In this document: piece by piece, positions 51,020-63,186 of the stretch | Layout of the letters: the number at the start of each line of letters is the position of its first letter | Position numbering within the stretch: position 1 is the stretch's first letter | Assembly: GCA_050084515.1 (NCBI GenBank) | Contig: CM114271.1 | Location: 23,870,001 to 23,934,000, forward strand | Source: Blasia pusilla | Lineage: Eukaryota | Direction of reading: 5' to 3' | Length of the DNA stretch: 64,000 bases | Translations under genes and position numbers: made by a program | Notes under the pieces: model-generated | What the model was told of the DNA's origin: nothing | Database searches by the model: none | Seen by the model: only the letters and a program-made list of their open reading frames with translations

Positions 51020-53998
51020 CATCAGTTCCTCAAGAGTTATAGGAGCTGCTTTGCGTTTAGCATGGAGGATTTGGGTACGCTGAAGGTACCGGGGATCCGC
51101 ATTGAGTTGTCAAGTGATACGCCGATCTTCCGACGACCCTAGGTACAGTGATATGGAGAGGGCTCTGATTCAGAGTAGGAGCCAAGACCTTGGTCGGAGC
51201 AGGACTAGTGAAGATATCGCATGGGGAGTATGCATCTGCCACTATCATGCCCGCCAAGAAGGATGTGCATGGCAACTAGACGGATAGGCAGATGTGTGGG
51301 AATTACCGACCTATCAATCGGCAGACGAAGTCCGATAGGTATGCCATGCCCACCCTTGAGGAGATCTTTGATGCGATTGGTCACGCAAAGATCTTCAGTT
51401 CATTGGATTTACGAGCCGGATACCATCAGTTGCCTATGAGATTGGAGGACAGGCAGAAGACGGCATTTTGGGGCATCGATCCTCATGGGAAGGATTTTTT
51501 GTACCAATGGCGGTTCTTACCATTTGGGTTAAAGAACGCTCCGGCTAAGTTTCAGAGGGTCATGGATAGGATCTTGGCTGGTCTAGTTTTTGCTAGGTGT
51601 TATATTGATGACATTGTAGTCTTTAGCGCCACGGTTGAGGAGCATGAGCAAGATCTAGAGGAGGTGTTTTGACGATTGCAATTACATGGGCTGAAGCTAC
51701 ATCTAGGCAAGTGCAAGTTCTTCTACGACCAGATTGAGTACTTGGATCATACAATATACCCAGGGGGCCTTGGTGTTCAACAGACGAAGATAGAGGCTAT
51801 CTCATGCATTCTACGCCCTACAGATGTGAGTCGTGTTCGCGCATTCATGGGATTGGCTAACTTCTATCGGCGGTACGTTAAGGGATTCAGTTTGATTGCA
51901 AAGCCGCTGACCTTGCTGACCAAGGTGGATTACGAGTGGCACTGGGGGGAATAGCAAGAGCAAGCATTTCAATTGCTCAAGGACAGGTTGACGTCGCGCC
52001 CATCTTGAGAAGACCGATCAGGGGACGTCCTTTCCAATTGCACACACATTGGAGCATGTTGGGGCTTGGAGCGGTGCTCACCCAACATGATGATGAGGGT
52101 AGAGAGTTCGTGGTGGCTTACGCTAGTTGCTTGAACAACGCTGCAGAGGCGAAGTACAGCTCGTATGAGGGTGAGTGCTTGGCTACGGTGTGGGTTGTCG
52201 CGCTTTTCAGGTGTTATTTATTCGGCAATCCCTTTACCATCATCACTGATCATCAACCATTGAAGTGGTTCATAGAGTCCGACAAGCTTACAGGGAAGCT
52301 TGCGAGATGGGCTCTGTTGTTGCAGGAGTATGATTTTTCAGGTGGTACATAGACCTGGCATGCTCAACCAAGATGCAGATGGGTTGAGTCGTAACCCATG
52401 CTTGAGTCAGCGAGATGCAATTGGAGCTCGATGGCATGGAGAGAGTGATGAGGAGTCAGTGTAAGGATGGCACGCGTCAGCCTATTTAGGCATGTTGGCT
52501 ATGGAGAGCCAGAGTGTGGAGACTTTGATGGGGAGGTCTAGTGGAGAGTCCTTGGATCCCGAGGCTAGTGAGGAGACGACAAGTGACCGAGATATTCATG
52601 ATGATGGAGTAGTCTTGGAGTACCTTTGTATTGGCAGCGTTGCGAGCATCGTGGTGCTAGAGAGCGGGATCAAATCCTACAGCGGGCCAGATGGTTCCAT
52701 TGGGAGGAGACACATGTTTTGAGGGTTTGGGAGGATGGGAGAGTATGCGTAGTGCCGCATCCTTCGCAGAGAGCACTACTAGTGCATCATACCAACGAGG
52801 AGTTGGGTCACTTAGGGGTGAAGCGAGCGTACAACTTGCTCCAGATTCAGTATTGGTGGCGGGCATGCAGACTGACGTTGAGCAGTTTGTTGCCAAATGC
52901 ATGGTGTGTGATTGGGTCGGAACATCGTTCAATGCTCTGACTCCACAGTTGCATCCATTACCAATCATGGGCTTAGGGTATAGATGGAGTTTGGATTTTG
53001 CAAGACCTTTGCCTTTGACGGAGTGTAATAGTCGTTATATGTTGGTGATGGTCGAGCACTTCTCGGAGTGGATCGAGTTGGCTGCATTTCCTGACAAAGC
53101 GAGTGAGGGAGTAGCTTATGCCTTCCTTGACAGAGTGCTGAGTCATTATGGCGTACCGGTTGAGGTGTTGACAGACCAGGGTACCGAGTTTCGCGGTGAG
53201 TTCTAGGCCTTGTGTGATCAGGCGCTGATCAACCACCGCACGACTTCGCGAGATCATCTCGAGGCGGATGGATTAGCGGAGAGAGTTGTCCAGACGGTGA
53301 AGAGGGGTTTAGGCAAGTATGGCTTGCAGAGAGGTCACCTGGGAGATTGGGACCTCCTGTTGCCCTGGTTGGCGATGGGATACAAATTTAGCAGGCATGC
53401 ATCCTTAGCGTCTTTTTCACCATACTTGCTACTTTATGGCCGAGAGCCAGATTTACCCGCGGCCATTCGTCGAGATGCTGGTGAGATGCTGGACCTTGAT
53501 GACCCAGATGTATGGATGCGAGTATGTTCTCAGAGGGCTGAGTTGTTTTGGAGAGTGATGCCCATGGTGTTCGAGAACTTGGCAATTGTGCAGCATCAAG
53601 ATACGTTGAGGTATGCGACTATTCGGGGTGGTAGTTATCGACCAACTATCCGAAGGTTTCATCAGGGAGATTATGTCTACTTGCAGCACACGGCACCAAC
53701 GACGTTGGATATGACTGCAAGGCGCACTATCATGAGAGTGCATGATATTTTGTCATCCGATGTTCTCTTGCTAGAGGGACGCGATGGTATGGTATGGAAG
53801 GACCATGTGCGTAATTCTGTGCCATATCACTTAGTAGTAGTTCATGCAGGCTTGCGTTGTATGTTGTGTGGTTCTGCCCGTGGTGCGGCCATGATCCTAG
53901 TGTGTGATGGATGTTCGAGAGGTTGGTATATGGCATGTCTGACGCCACCTCTCACTAGGGTTCCTCGGGAACGATGGATGTGACTCAAATGTACATAG
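51020..53998 (+). pseudogene. Copy C RT, RNase H, DDE integrase and C-terminal PHD finger (53858-53998)
   Basis: ORFs 51292-51672 (YIDD), 51676-51954, 51936-52352, 52691-53206 and 53210-53983 (CMLCG..VCDGC..C..RW). Confidence 0.93.
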
Positions 53999-56900
53999 AG
54001 GAGATACTAGGTAGATTTTGATTCGGACTTTTTCTGTGACATGGATGACAAGAAGGCGACTAACGATGGGGCCACATGAGCACCCGGCCTTTCTTGCTCT
54101 TAGAGTCCGAGAGATGTATATCATTGTAGGTAGGGATAGATGGCTATCTGGAGTTAGAGGGACCTAACCACCAACTAGGGGGTCGATTGGAGATATTTTA
54201 GTACTTCTTGTCTCGTTGTTTGGATGCCATGAGTTAGCATGGGATCGTGTGTGTTTGTCTGTGTGTTCGGTGACAGCGATGTATGTTGTGTAGTGATGTG
54301 TATGCGCACGACAACTTCACATCTTTTAGGATAGATCGGTGAGATGTAGTAGAGCGCCTTTTTGAGTAGTGGAGCACAGGCTCAGTAGGTAGAAGATGAC
54401 CTGCTGAGGCCCAAGAAACCTGGGAGAGTAGGTTTCCCCTTCGTTTCGGCTCATTTAGATCCATATTGAGAACTTACTATTTTAGGTAAGTACCATTTTG
54501 AGTATATGATCGACTTTCTATTTTTGGTAAGTATCCATTGACCTCCTACATCAGGTCAAGAGCCAAGTAGGTGACTTGGGAGAATAGGTTACCATGGAGA
54601 GAGCTTGGGAGAGGGGAGGGGTATACCTCAAGGAGACAGAGCTTGAGAGCTCATTCTCTCTTTGTTGAACCTCTTGGCATAAGGCGGCGAAGCTATGGTC
54701 CCTTGCCTTGTGAGTGTAACCCAAGTCTCTCATTAGGAGAGTGGGTTTGGTTTGACATGAGAGAGAGTGCATACCTTTGAGAGCTATGGTGTGAGATGGT
54801 ATAGAGAGAGATTGGATCTTACTTTAATTGGAGATATTTTAGTACTTCTTGTCTTGTTGTTTGGATGCCATGAGTTGGCATGGGATCGTGTGTGTTTGTG
54901 TGTGTGTTCAGTGATAGTGATGTATGTTGTGTAGAGATGTGTAGCGCACAACATGTGTCTCTGACATGGATGACAAGAAGGCAACTAACGATGGGGCGAC
55001 ATGAGCACTCGCTCATTTTGCTCGTAGCGTCCGAAAGATATATGTCATGGTAGGTAGGAATAGATGGCTGTATAGAGTTAGAGGGACCTAACCACCAGCT
55101 AGGGGGTTAGGAGAGTGGGTTTGGTTTGACATGAGAGAGAGTGCCCACCTTTGAAAGCTATGGTGTGAGATGGTGTAGAGAGAGATTGGATCTTACTTTA
55201 ATTGGAGATATTTTGGTACTTCTCGTCTTGTTTTTTTGGATGCCATGATTTAGCATGGGATCGTGCATATTTGTGTGTATGTTTGGTGACAATAATGTAT
55301 GTTGTGTAGCGATGTGCATACGCACGACAATTATCACGTCTTTTAGTAAAGATCAGCGAGATCTAGTAGAGCGCCTTCGGAGGTACTGGAGGACATTGTC
55401 ATGAGGTCGAGGATGACCTACTGAAGCCACGGGTAACCTGAGAGAGCAGATTTCCCCTTCATTTTGGTTCATTTGGAGCCATATTGAGAAACTTACTATT
55501 TTGAGTAAATTAGTGTTTGTGGTATAGTTAACTTTCCACTTTTGAAAGTATCCCTTGACCCGCTACAACAGGTCAAGAGCCAAGGAGGTGACGTGCGAGC
55601 ATAGGTTATCGTGGAGAGGGCTTGGGAGAGGGAAGAGGGTATACCTCTAAGAGAGAGAGCTTGACAGCTCATTCTCTCTTTGTTGAACCTCTTGGCATGA
55701 GGCAGCGGAGCTATAATCCTCTTTGCCTTGTGTGTGTAACCCAAGCCTCTCATTAGGAGAGTGGGTTTGGTTTGACATGAGAGAGAGAGTGCACACCATG
55801 GAGAGTTTGGTGTGAGATGTTGAGAGAGATGTGATTGATTTAATTGGAAATATTTTGGTAATTCTTGCCTCGTTGTTTGGATGCCATGAGTTAGCATGGG
55901 ATCGTGTGTGTTCGTGTGTATGTTCGGCGATAGCAATGTATGTTGTGTAGCGATGTGTATGCGTACGACATCACTTATCATGAAGCCAATATATCATCAT
56001 CTCCATAAAAATACTATGACCAAGAAGTTAACTGGTCGTTGTTATGATAGAAGAATCAACCTCCGCACAATAATCTAAAGTCTTGACCTCCAACTATCCA
56101 AGAGTGCCCTAATGCAAACTAGTAATAGAAACCATAATCCTACGTACGTGACCAAAAAACTCTAACCCATCCTCAAACCTCAAACTTCCTCTTCACTCGA
56201 CAAGAGTCTACTCTCTTGCCCCTCGATCATGATTGCGTGTTGACATTACGCACAAGCCTCATTATTATTTTCACCTCTATCATATGCCACCCTTACCAAT
56301 TTCTTATATATTCTCCTTTTCTCCCTAAGATATTGACCTAGGCTTCCATGCCCACTCATTATTATCCACTAATCCAATTGAAGGAAATTGCAACTTTCTT
56401 TTACTATTATCGAATTTAAACTCTGGGGACCATTTGATTTCCATAAATTCAAGCTACCCTTACATCACCTTAACCCACATGTTGTATAAGTCATCAACTC
56501 TGCATGAAAACTCATCACTCCATATAAGGATTTCAAGTATCATGCACCTACAATATGCATCTTGATCGTTGATCTTGTATATTATAGAAGATTGAGGAAT
56601 TCTCCTATCCCACAATGGTTGGACAACTATGCCCTTGGTTCAATTTCCGTGGTTCCCAAGGTTGGATTCAAGCTCCAATATATCATGGAGACTTAACCCT
56701 ATATTCCTGTATATATAGATATAGTAACCCCGGGCCTTCTTATTTCCCAAGTATCTCTCTTAGGTTGCTACTTGTGACCCTCAAGGGCCTTCATCCACAT
56801 TATCGTTTCCACGATTCTAAGCATATTTTAAGAGTTATGATTTTGCGACTTGTAAGATCTTTGTATTGGAAGTGGCTCATCATAAGATTTCCAATGCAAT

Positions 56901-57908
56901 CTTACTCAAACCAAATGCATTTTGGGTCGTTCTAGCCTTCTTAACTTTAAACGTAGAGATACGCTTAGCACTTAGAAAATTTCCAACCTAGGTCACAACC
57001 TCATAAGAGTCTAACCCTTGTGGGATGGGAAAGTCCTCAAGTTCCACCCCACATTTGGTCACTCTTCTAGGTCACAACCTTCACATCATTTGAGACGCCC
57101 ATTGATGCTTATGTCTCATTTTTTAAACTCCATCGCAATTTTGTGAGCCCTCTAGAGTTATCATGTTTCATATTGGTGCACATTTGGTTATGAGGATTGC
57201 AACAACAACTCAACTTATAATCTAACCTTAATTATTGATCCACTTGTTCTTGGGGTGAGAGGGTTCCCACACTTATTTTGTGAGTCTTATTGTGGTTTGG
57301 ACTACTACTTTGCCAATGTAGGACTAAATTAGAGGAAAAAGTAGCAACGGTGGTGTGTTGATACCTAGTCATATGGACGTGTCACGGTTTCACTTTATAA
57401 TCATGTTAGTCTGACCAGGCGCTACCGATTTGGGGCCTGCCAACACACTAATTTCTTCCATAGGGTGTGACTTGTCGATGGTTTGGTTTTCTGGCCCAAC
57501 ATCTAGAGATTTTCTATCCAACTCATAATCAACTTCCTTGCCTACTCAGACTTGCAAATTATCACCGGTGGCAAGATTTTTTTCAATTCTTTGATGGCAA
57601 TAAGATGGAAAATATCTCAAATGTTAGAATCACCTAGTTTAAGCTTAATAGTTAAAAATTATGGATTTTATATCTATTACCAAATTTTAGAGCTAAAGAT
57701 CATTTCATATATATCTAAAGTTGATTTCATTAAGGTGTGCCTAGTTGCTTGTATATAAAGGTTAGGAATTCCTAGGTTGAAGAGAAGAATCCTCTACCAG
57801 CTCAAGTAGAGTGAATGTTGAGTGCAATTTTAGCGATGGCCAGATGATTGAGTAATGCTCCATTATTCCCTACCATACACTTGGTGGTGTTGGAAGTTGA
57901 ACTAGTTG

Positions 57909-58136
57909 TGTCCCGACCATCATAACCAAATACGAGCCAATGCAGAACATCAAAACTCTAGTGGGTTCACACGTACACTAGGATAGAAGTGCATCATAGT
58001 CTTATAAGTGAAACATAAGTTTTAGAAAGGATATGTATTTTAGGGTTTAAGGCGTCTCAAAGGATGGGGATCCTGACCTAGCAAAGCAAGATTGATTCTC
58101 AAAGTTCACCAAGAACATGATAGTGAAGGTGTGCAC
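57909..58136 (+). mobile_element. 5' fragment of an LTR related to the conventional Gypsy family, interrupted by copy D
   Basis: tgtcccgaccatcataaccaaa...gaacatcaaaactctagtgggttcacac matches the LTR start at 36901. Confidence 0.6.
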
Positions 58137-59239
58137 TGTCACGTCTTTTAGGATAGATCGGTGGGATCTAATAGAGCGCCTTCATGAGTAGTGGAGGACA
58201 CGCCCAATAGGTCGAGGGTGACCTGCTGAGGCCCTTGGAAACCTGAGATAGCAGGTTTCCCCTTCGTTTCGGCTCATTTGGAGCCATATTGAGGAACTTA
58301 CTATTTTAGGTAAGTACCATTTTGAGTATATGATCGACTTTCTATTTTTGGTAAGTGGCCCTTGACCTCCTACATCAGGTCAAGAGCCAAGTAAGTGACT
58401 TGGGAGAATAGGTTACCATGGAGAGAGCTTGGGAGAGGAGAGGGGTATACCTCAAGGAAAGAGAGCTTGAGAGCTCATTCTCTCTTTGTTGAACCTCTTG
58501 GCATGAGGCGGCGGAGCTATGGTACCTTGCCTTGTGAGTGTAACCCAAGCCTCTCATTAGGAGAGTGGGTTTGGTTTGACATGAGAGAGAGTGCACACCT
58601 TTGAGAGCTATGGTGTGAGATGGTGGAGAGAGAGATTGGATCTTACTTTACAAAGAGAGAATGAGAGAATGAGAGAGTGGGAGAGCTTCATGGGGGAGCT
58701 CGCTGGTCACTCGCTGTTTTTGCAGGTTGGGGACAATGTTCCCCGTTCAGCGGCTCATGGGAGTGCTCACCAGAGAAAGGGTTGCTTTCATTACTCTTTG
58801 CATTTGCCGATTTTTCGTATGGAAGAGTGGCGCGCGGAAGCGCTGCCCAATTTCTGATAGGGATTGAGTATGGGGGCGGGTTGCCCCATGCTGGTGCTCT
58901 CGGGAGCACCATGTAGCTTGCTGATATGTATTTTTACAGATGTTACATTTTCGTTGGGAGAAATCAGCGCGGGAGCGCTGCCAAATTTTGTGTAGGAGAA
59001 AGAGACATTGGGCTTTACGACAGTCCCTGTCAGTTTTTACTGAAATGTCTGATTCTAAATATTTTTTAATGGTAGCGTAGATCGTGAAGCTGTGCACGCT
59101 ATGCAACAAACAGTGCACAATTTGGAGTTGCGAGCAAAAAGTTATGGGCAATCTTGTAAAGCTGCCATTGCTAGGCGATTTTTAGGGTTAAATCGTGCAA
59201 ACCCTAAATCAGCCGCCACACCAGCGGCGGCCGTCGCCA

Positions 59240-59400
59240 TCATAGTCACCGTCAAGGGTCGACGGTCAACCATCACAATCAACGGTCAACCGTCACAATC
59301 AACCGTCAACCGTCTCCGTCGACGGTCAACCATCACCGTCATCGGTCGGCCGTCACCATCAGCGGTCAACCGTCACTGTCAAGGGTCCACCGTCCATTGT
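59240..59400 (+). repeat. Degenerate short tandem array (cggtcaaccatcaccgtc-like units) in the copy D leader
   Basis: Repeated ggtcaacc/ccgtc units; a shorter version lies at ~45820-45880 in copy C. Confidence 0.6.
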
Positions 59401-62400
59401 CCACCCTTTGGGTGCCATTGACGCCATTACGGAGTGGAGGGTCTTCCATGACGTTCGTTGATTCCTTGACTTGCGTCGCCATCACGTACTTTGTTTTGGC
59501 CGCCACCGTCATCGCAGTTTCCTCATCAACCAGTGAAGGCAGATGACCTCCGGTTATGGTGTTTGAGTTTTGATTTCATGCTGCTATGTTGTGATTGGTA
59601 GCCGCTCGATGACGATCGAGTATCGTGCGTGACGCCCGTAGCCGCAACGCGCCGCCGATTTCCGCGCGCCGTGCGCTCGTGGCGTGATCGCACCATCTCG
59701 ATCGCGGAGCCGCACCGTCATTGTGGAGCAGAGTGTGGGATTATTATTGATTGAGGAGGATATGCCGCCGAGTGCCGCATCCCACCATCGAGGGCCGTTC
59801 CGTGCCGCTTGCAACGCCGCACCGTTCCGCTGGGACCGCAGTGTCTATCGAGGAGTTTTGAGCAGCATGAGTACGGGAGGAGTATGACTTGCTGATTGGA
59901 GGAGTTGTCTCCACGATCGAGTTGGGGTCGAGATTTGCAGTTGCTGAGGAGCGACATCGACATGTGTTCAGGTTACCCATTCTGGTCCTTTACCCTGCAC
60001 GTGTGAGGGATTCTGGGATTTATTTGGGGATATTGGGTGTGTGGATGCTGAGAGCATCATTTATGTATGTGGTTTAGGGGACATAGACCTGTGTGGGATG
60101 TCCGGATTTGAGGGTAGGTTGTCGATGAGATGATAGCGTGGTCGATTTGCCGCACCACGCCGCGTGTTGCCGCACGTTACACGTCTCGGGGAGAGAGAGT
60201 GTAGATCGAGTGCCGCATGTTTGGGATGAGTGATTGAGGGATTCCTCACGAGGTTGAGTGATCGGGTGAGAGGGGCACGAGGGTCATCACGAGTCTGTTC
60301 GGGACTTTGAGAGGCGAGGTGGTGAACCCGAGAGTAGCTCTAGAGGTTTTACGCGGAGTGGCGCGAGGTTTCGAGGGTCTCCACGTGAGGGACCACCTCG
60401 ACCTCTTTCTGTGTCATTGTCAGACGAGGGGGAGGGTGTAGAGGAGTTTGTGAGCACATCGCCACACATTGTGAGTGGTCTTACCAGTTGGGCGTATGAG
60501 ATGGACGACCAGGGTAGAGGACGCGAGGTTTTCAGTGCGAGAGGCACGATTGAGTTGCACAATTTTATAGCGAGTTTAGGAGTTGGTGCGACTAACGGGC
60601 CAGAACTCTAGAGAGTTCAACCCGTTCTGACATGGATGGAACGGTATGTTCCAAAGCATTTAGAGGGGCGCCCATGGGCGATTACCATGAGTTCTCTCGA
60701 GAGATATGCATGTGAGATCGAGGCGTGGAGGCTCTACTATGACCCACATTATGTGTCATGGACGGAGCCGTTCCCATGATGAGGAGGAGGAGTCGGAGAG
60801 GCTCGCCTCTTCCACTAGTGACGTTTTAGGAGGGGTCACTCGCACGAGAGCGATTGCACCGTCTAGTCGGGTTGTCCCAGGTTCAACCACGTGGTTGAGT
60901 TCTTTCTTTGAGTTGAGGCGAGCTACTAGGGGTACAGACGGAGAAGTTGCGGAGCATCCACGACTTCCAGAGGCGCTCGGGTGAGAGTTTGCGTGAGGCT
61001 TACACTCGCTTGCGCCGGTTGATTAACGTCACTCAGGGGGTGATAGAGGCTCAGGCTATCCAGTCATGGTATGCGATCTTTCGATCGGACCTGCGGACAC
61101 GGGTGCGGAGGGGTGCTTCTTATGAACACCTCCCCTACGTTGAGAGATGTTTTAGGACCTCGAGAACATTGAGCGCAACATGGCGGAGGAGAGCGTAGCC
61201 ACCGTGGGGTTCGGGCGAGCGATCCACGATTGTCTCGCACCACTGTGCGGCAAACAACGTGGACTCGAGATAGGTCGATTGCGGGCACGACGAGCTTAGG
61301 GAGGATACCGAGAGGCCGTGCCACAGAGACCTGCGCCTTCATATGCGGCTCAGCAGCAGCCGCCTACAATTACTTGTTGGTCATGTGGTGGAGCCCATCA
61401 TCAGCGCGATTGCACTCGTCAGGATCATGACGCGTGTGCCTCAAAGATGGAGGAGGAGATGGTCGCACAGGAGGTTATCAGTGTGACTATTGTCCGAGGT
61501 ATGGTCATACACATGCCATGTGTTTTAGTTTACATCTTGAGTTACATCTGGACCGAGGGCGGAGAGGGCACCTGAGCGAGTAGCCGGTCGGGTGGGCCTA
61601 GAGATCGTGCTCGGTGGTCCCGTTGGGGACGAGAGTCGGAGTTGCCCAACAGGGTGGTGGAGTTGCCCGTGGAGGAGGTAGAGTACCACCACCTAGACGC
61701 GCCGAGGGAGATGCCGGACGTGAGGTCGGGATGGTCTTTCGAGATACAAACGGACTACTGAGGAGCGATTGCCGCTATGGCATTGAGGTTACCCGATGCC
61801 GGATCTGGGGCATCGACATCATATGGAGCAGCCAGAGATCCGGAGGATCCGGATGGATGTCGCGGGGTTGCCAGATGGAGGCCGCAGATTTGACGCGTGG
61901 AGCGAGCCGCAGAGTTGGATCCACAGCGAGGGGAAGCCGATGAGACGACTAGGCTTCCTCAATCTTTCACGTTGTCCGAAGCGATGAGGACCCCATCGAT
62001 GGGTCCTCATCAAAGTTCCTGGAGAGTTGGTAATGTTGTTGGTGTGAAAGCACGGAGGGCGATGGGAGAAGCGAGTGCGACGACTCCTATTGTTGATGCT
62101 CAGGAGGGGCATGTGTCAAGCACGTTCTTGGGGGCGGCCACCGTTGTGTACCGCACTCCTTTATTTTCTGCTTCCGATGTTGTGACGTTGGGAGGTACGC
62201 CCGCCGAGGCTTCTCGGCTGGCCGCTTCACTATGTGAGCGCGGAGTTGGAGTTCCTGCATCACGTTCAGAGGTGATTGCAGAGGAGGTGATGGACCTGCC
62301 CTTGGAGCGGATGCTAGGGCCGTCCACGTCAAATTCATGGCAGGCTGCAGCTACTAGGATGGCGGAGATGCCCGCTAGACCCGCGATAGAGCGTGCCATG

Positions 62401-63186
62401 GCTTCTCCTGGTATTGTGTTGCTGGATAACCGAGGAGAGGTCTTCCAGTTGGTGAGTCGTGGAGGTAGAGCTTTTAGTCTTGTTGGATTCAGGAGCGCAA
62501 CCCTTGATGTTGGGGAAAGCGTCATTCAGAGGATTGGGCTTGACGAGAGCCGATGTGGAGTGTTGTCCATTTCGGATACAGACATCCTTGGGTGGAGCGA
62601 GTACCACAAGATATATCACCCGGCTGGAGTCGTGGTGAGGATTCGCGGGACATCCTGCGATGAGTCCGTGGTGTGCGCCAAGGCGATAGTGATCGATCTT
62701 TGAGTCCTACGACGTCTTGGTTGGTGGAGCGATGTTATACCCGATGGGGTTTCCTGGATTACTAGGAGGAGTCAACGTCCCCTGAGACCAGGATGGCGTC
62801 GGTGATGGGCGCCTTAGCTCATTACCCGTTTGATTCACAGTGCGATGATCGAGCAGCGGCCAGGAGAGATGGCGACCTTAGCAAAGATTTAGCAAAGTGC
62901 CATCACTTGGCCTAGTGATTTGATTGAGGACATGTCCATGCAGAGGATACTCCCTTTCCGACATTTCTGTGGAGAGGAGTGTTATGGTAGTGCATCATTC
63001 CGTGGAGGAGAGGTGCATTGTGGGGCTCGATTGAGGAGCTTCAACGATTGGCGGATCGCAAGACATGCAGCATCGCGTGGAGCGGCGTTTGCACAGAGCG
63101 TGACGGGTCCGAGGAACCCGAGGTAGCGGGAGTGCTACGATGACACCCTTGGATACTACACCCATTGTGTGGTGTACCCGGAGGAG

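Larger units (their letters stand above)
44717..54953 (+). mobile_element. Copy C: full-length DNMT3/PHD split-repeat Gypsy-like retrotransposon nested in the 3' UTR of copy B
   Basis: 4-bp TSD TGTG at 44713-44716 and 54954-54957. A1 44717-~45228; B1 ~54180-54313; spacer AC; A2 54316-~54825; B2 ~54827-54953. All domains present but with stops and frameshifts. Confidence 0.93.
36208..55970 (+). mobile_element. Copy B: older, divergent DNMT3/PHD split-repeat retrotransposon carrying nested insertions and deletions
   Basis: A1 36208-~36710; gag tail/PR ~39230-40300; DNMT 40691-41660; RT/RH 42070-43639; PHD tail 44654-44683; 3' region resumes at 54958; B1 55201-55329, A2 55332-55840, B2 55841-55970. 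A1 and A2 share subfamily-specific variants. Flanks (tacc/tcac) are not a clean TSD. Confidence 0.78.

Noticed and set aside
54040-54100. Hammerhead ribozyme-like core in the 3' UTR (ctaacga...)
   Set aside because: No CUGANGA/GAAA pair with flanking stems.
55971-57908. Short ORFs and possible old LTR remnants
   Set aside because: Too degraded to assign by eye.
59240-59400. CRISPR-like array
   Set aside because: Degenerate tandem microrepeats without unique spacers; eukaryotic context and no cas genes.
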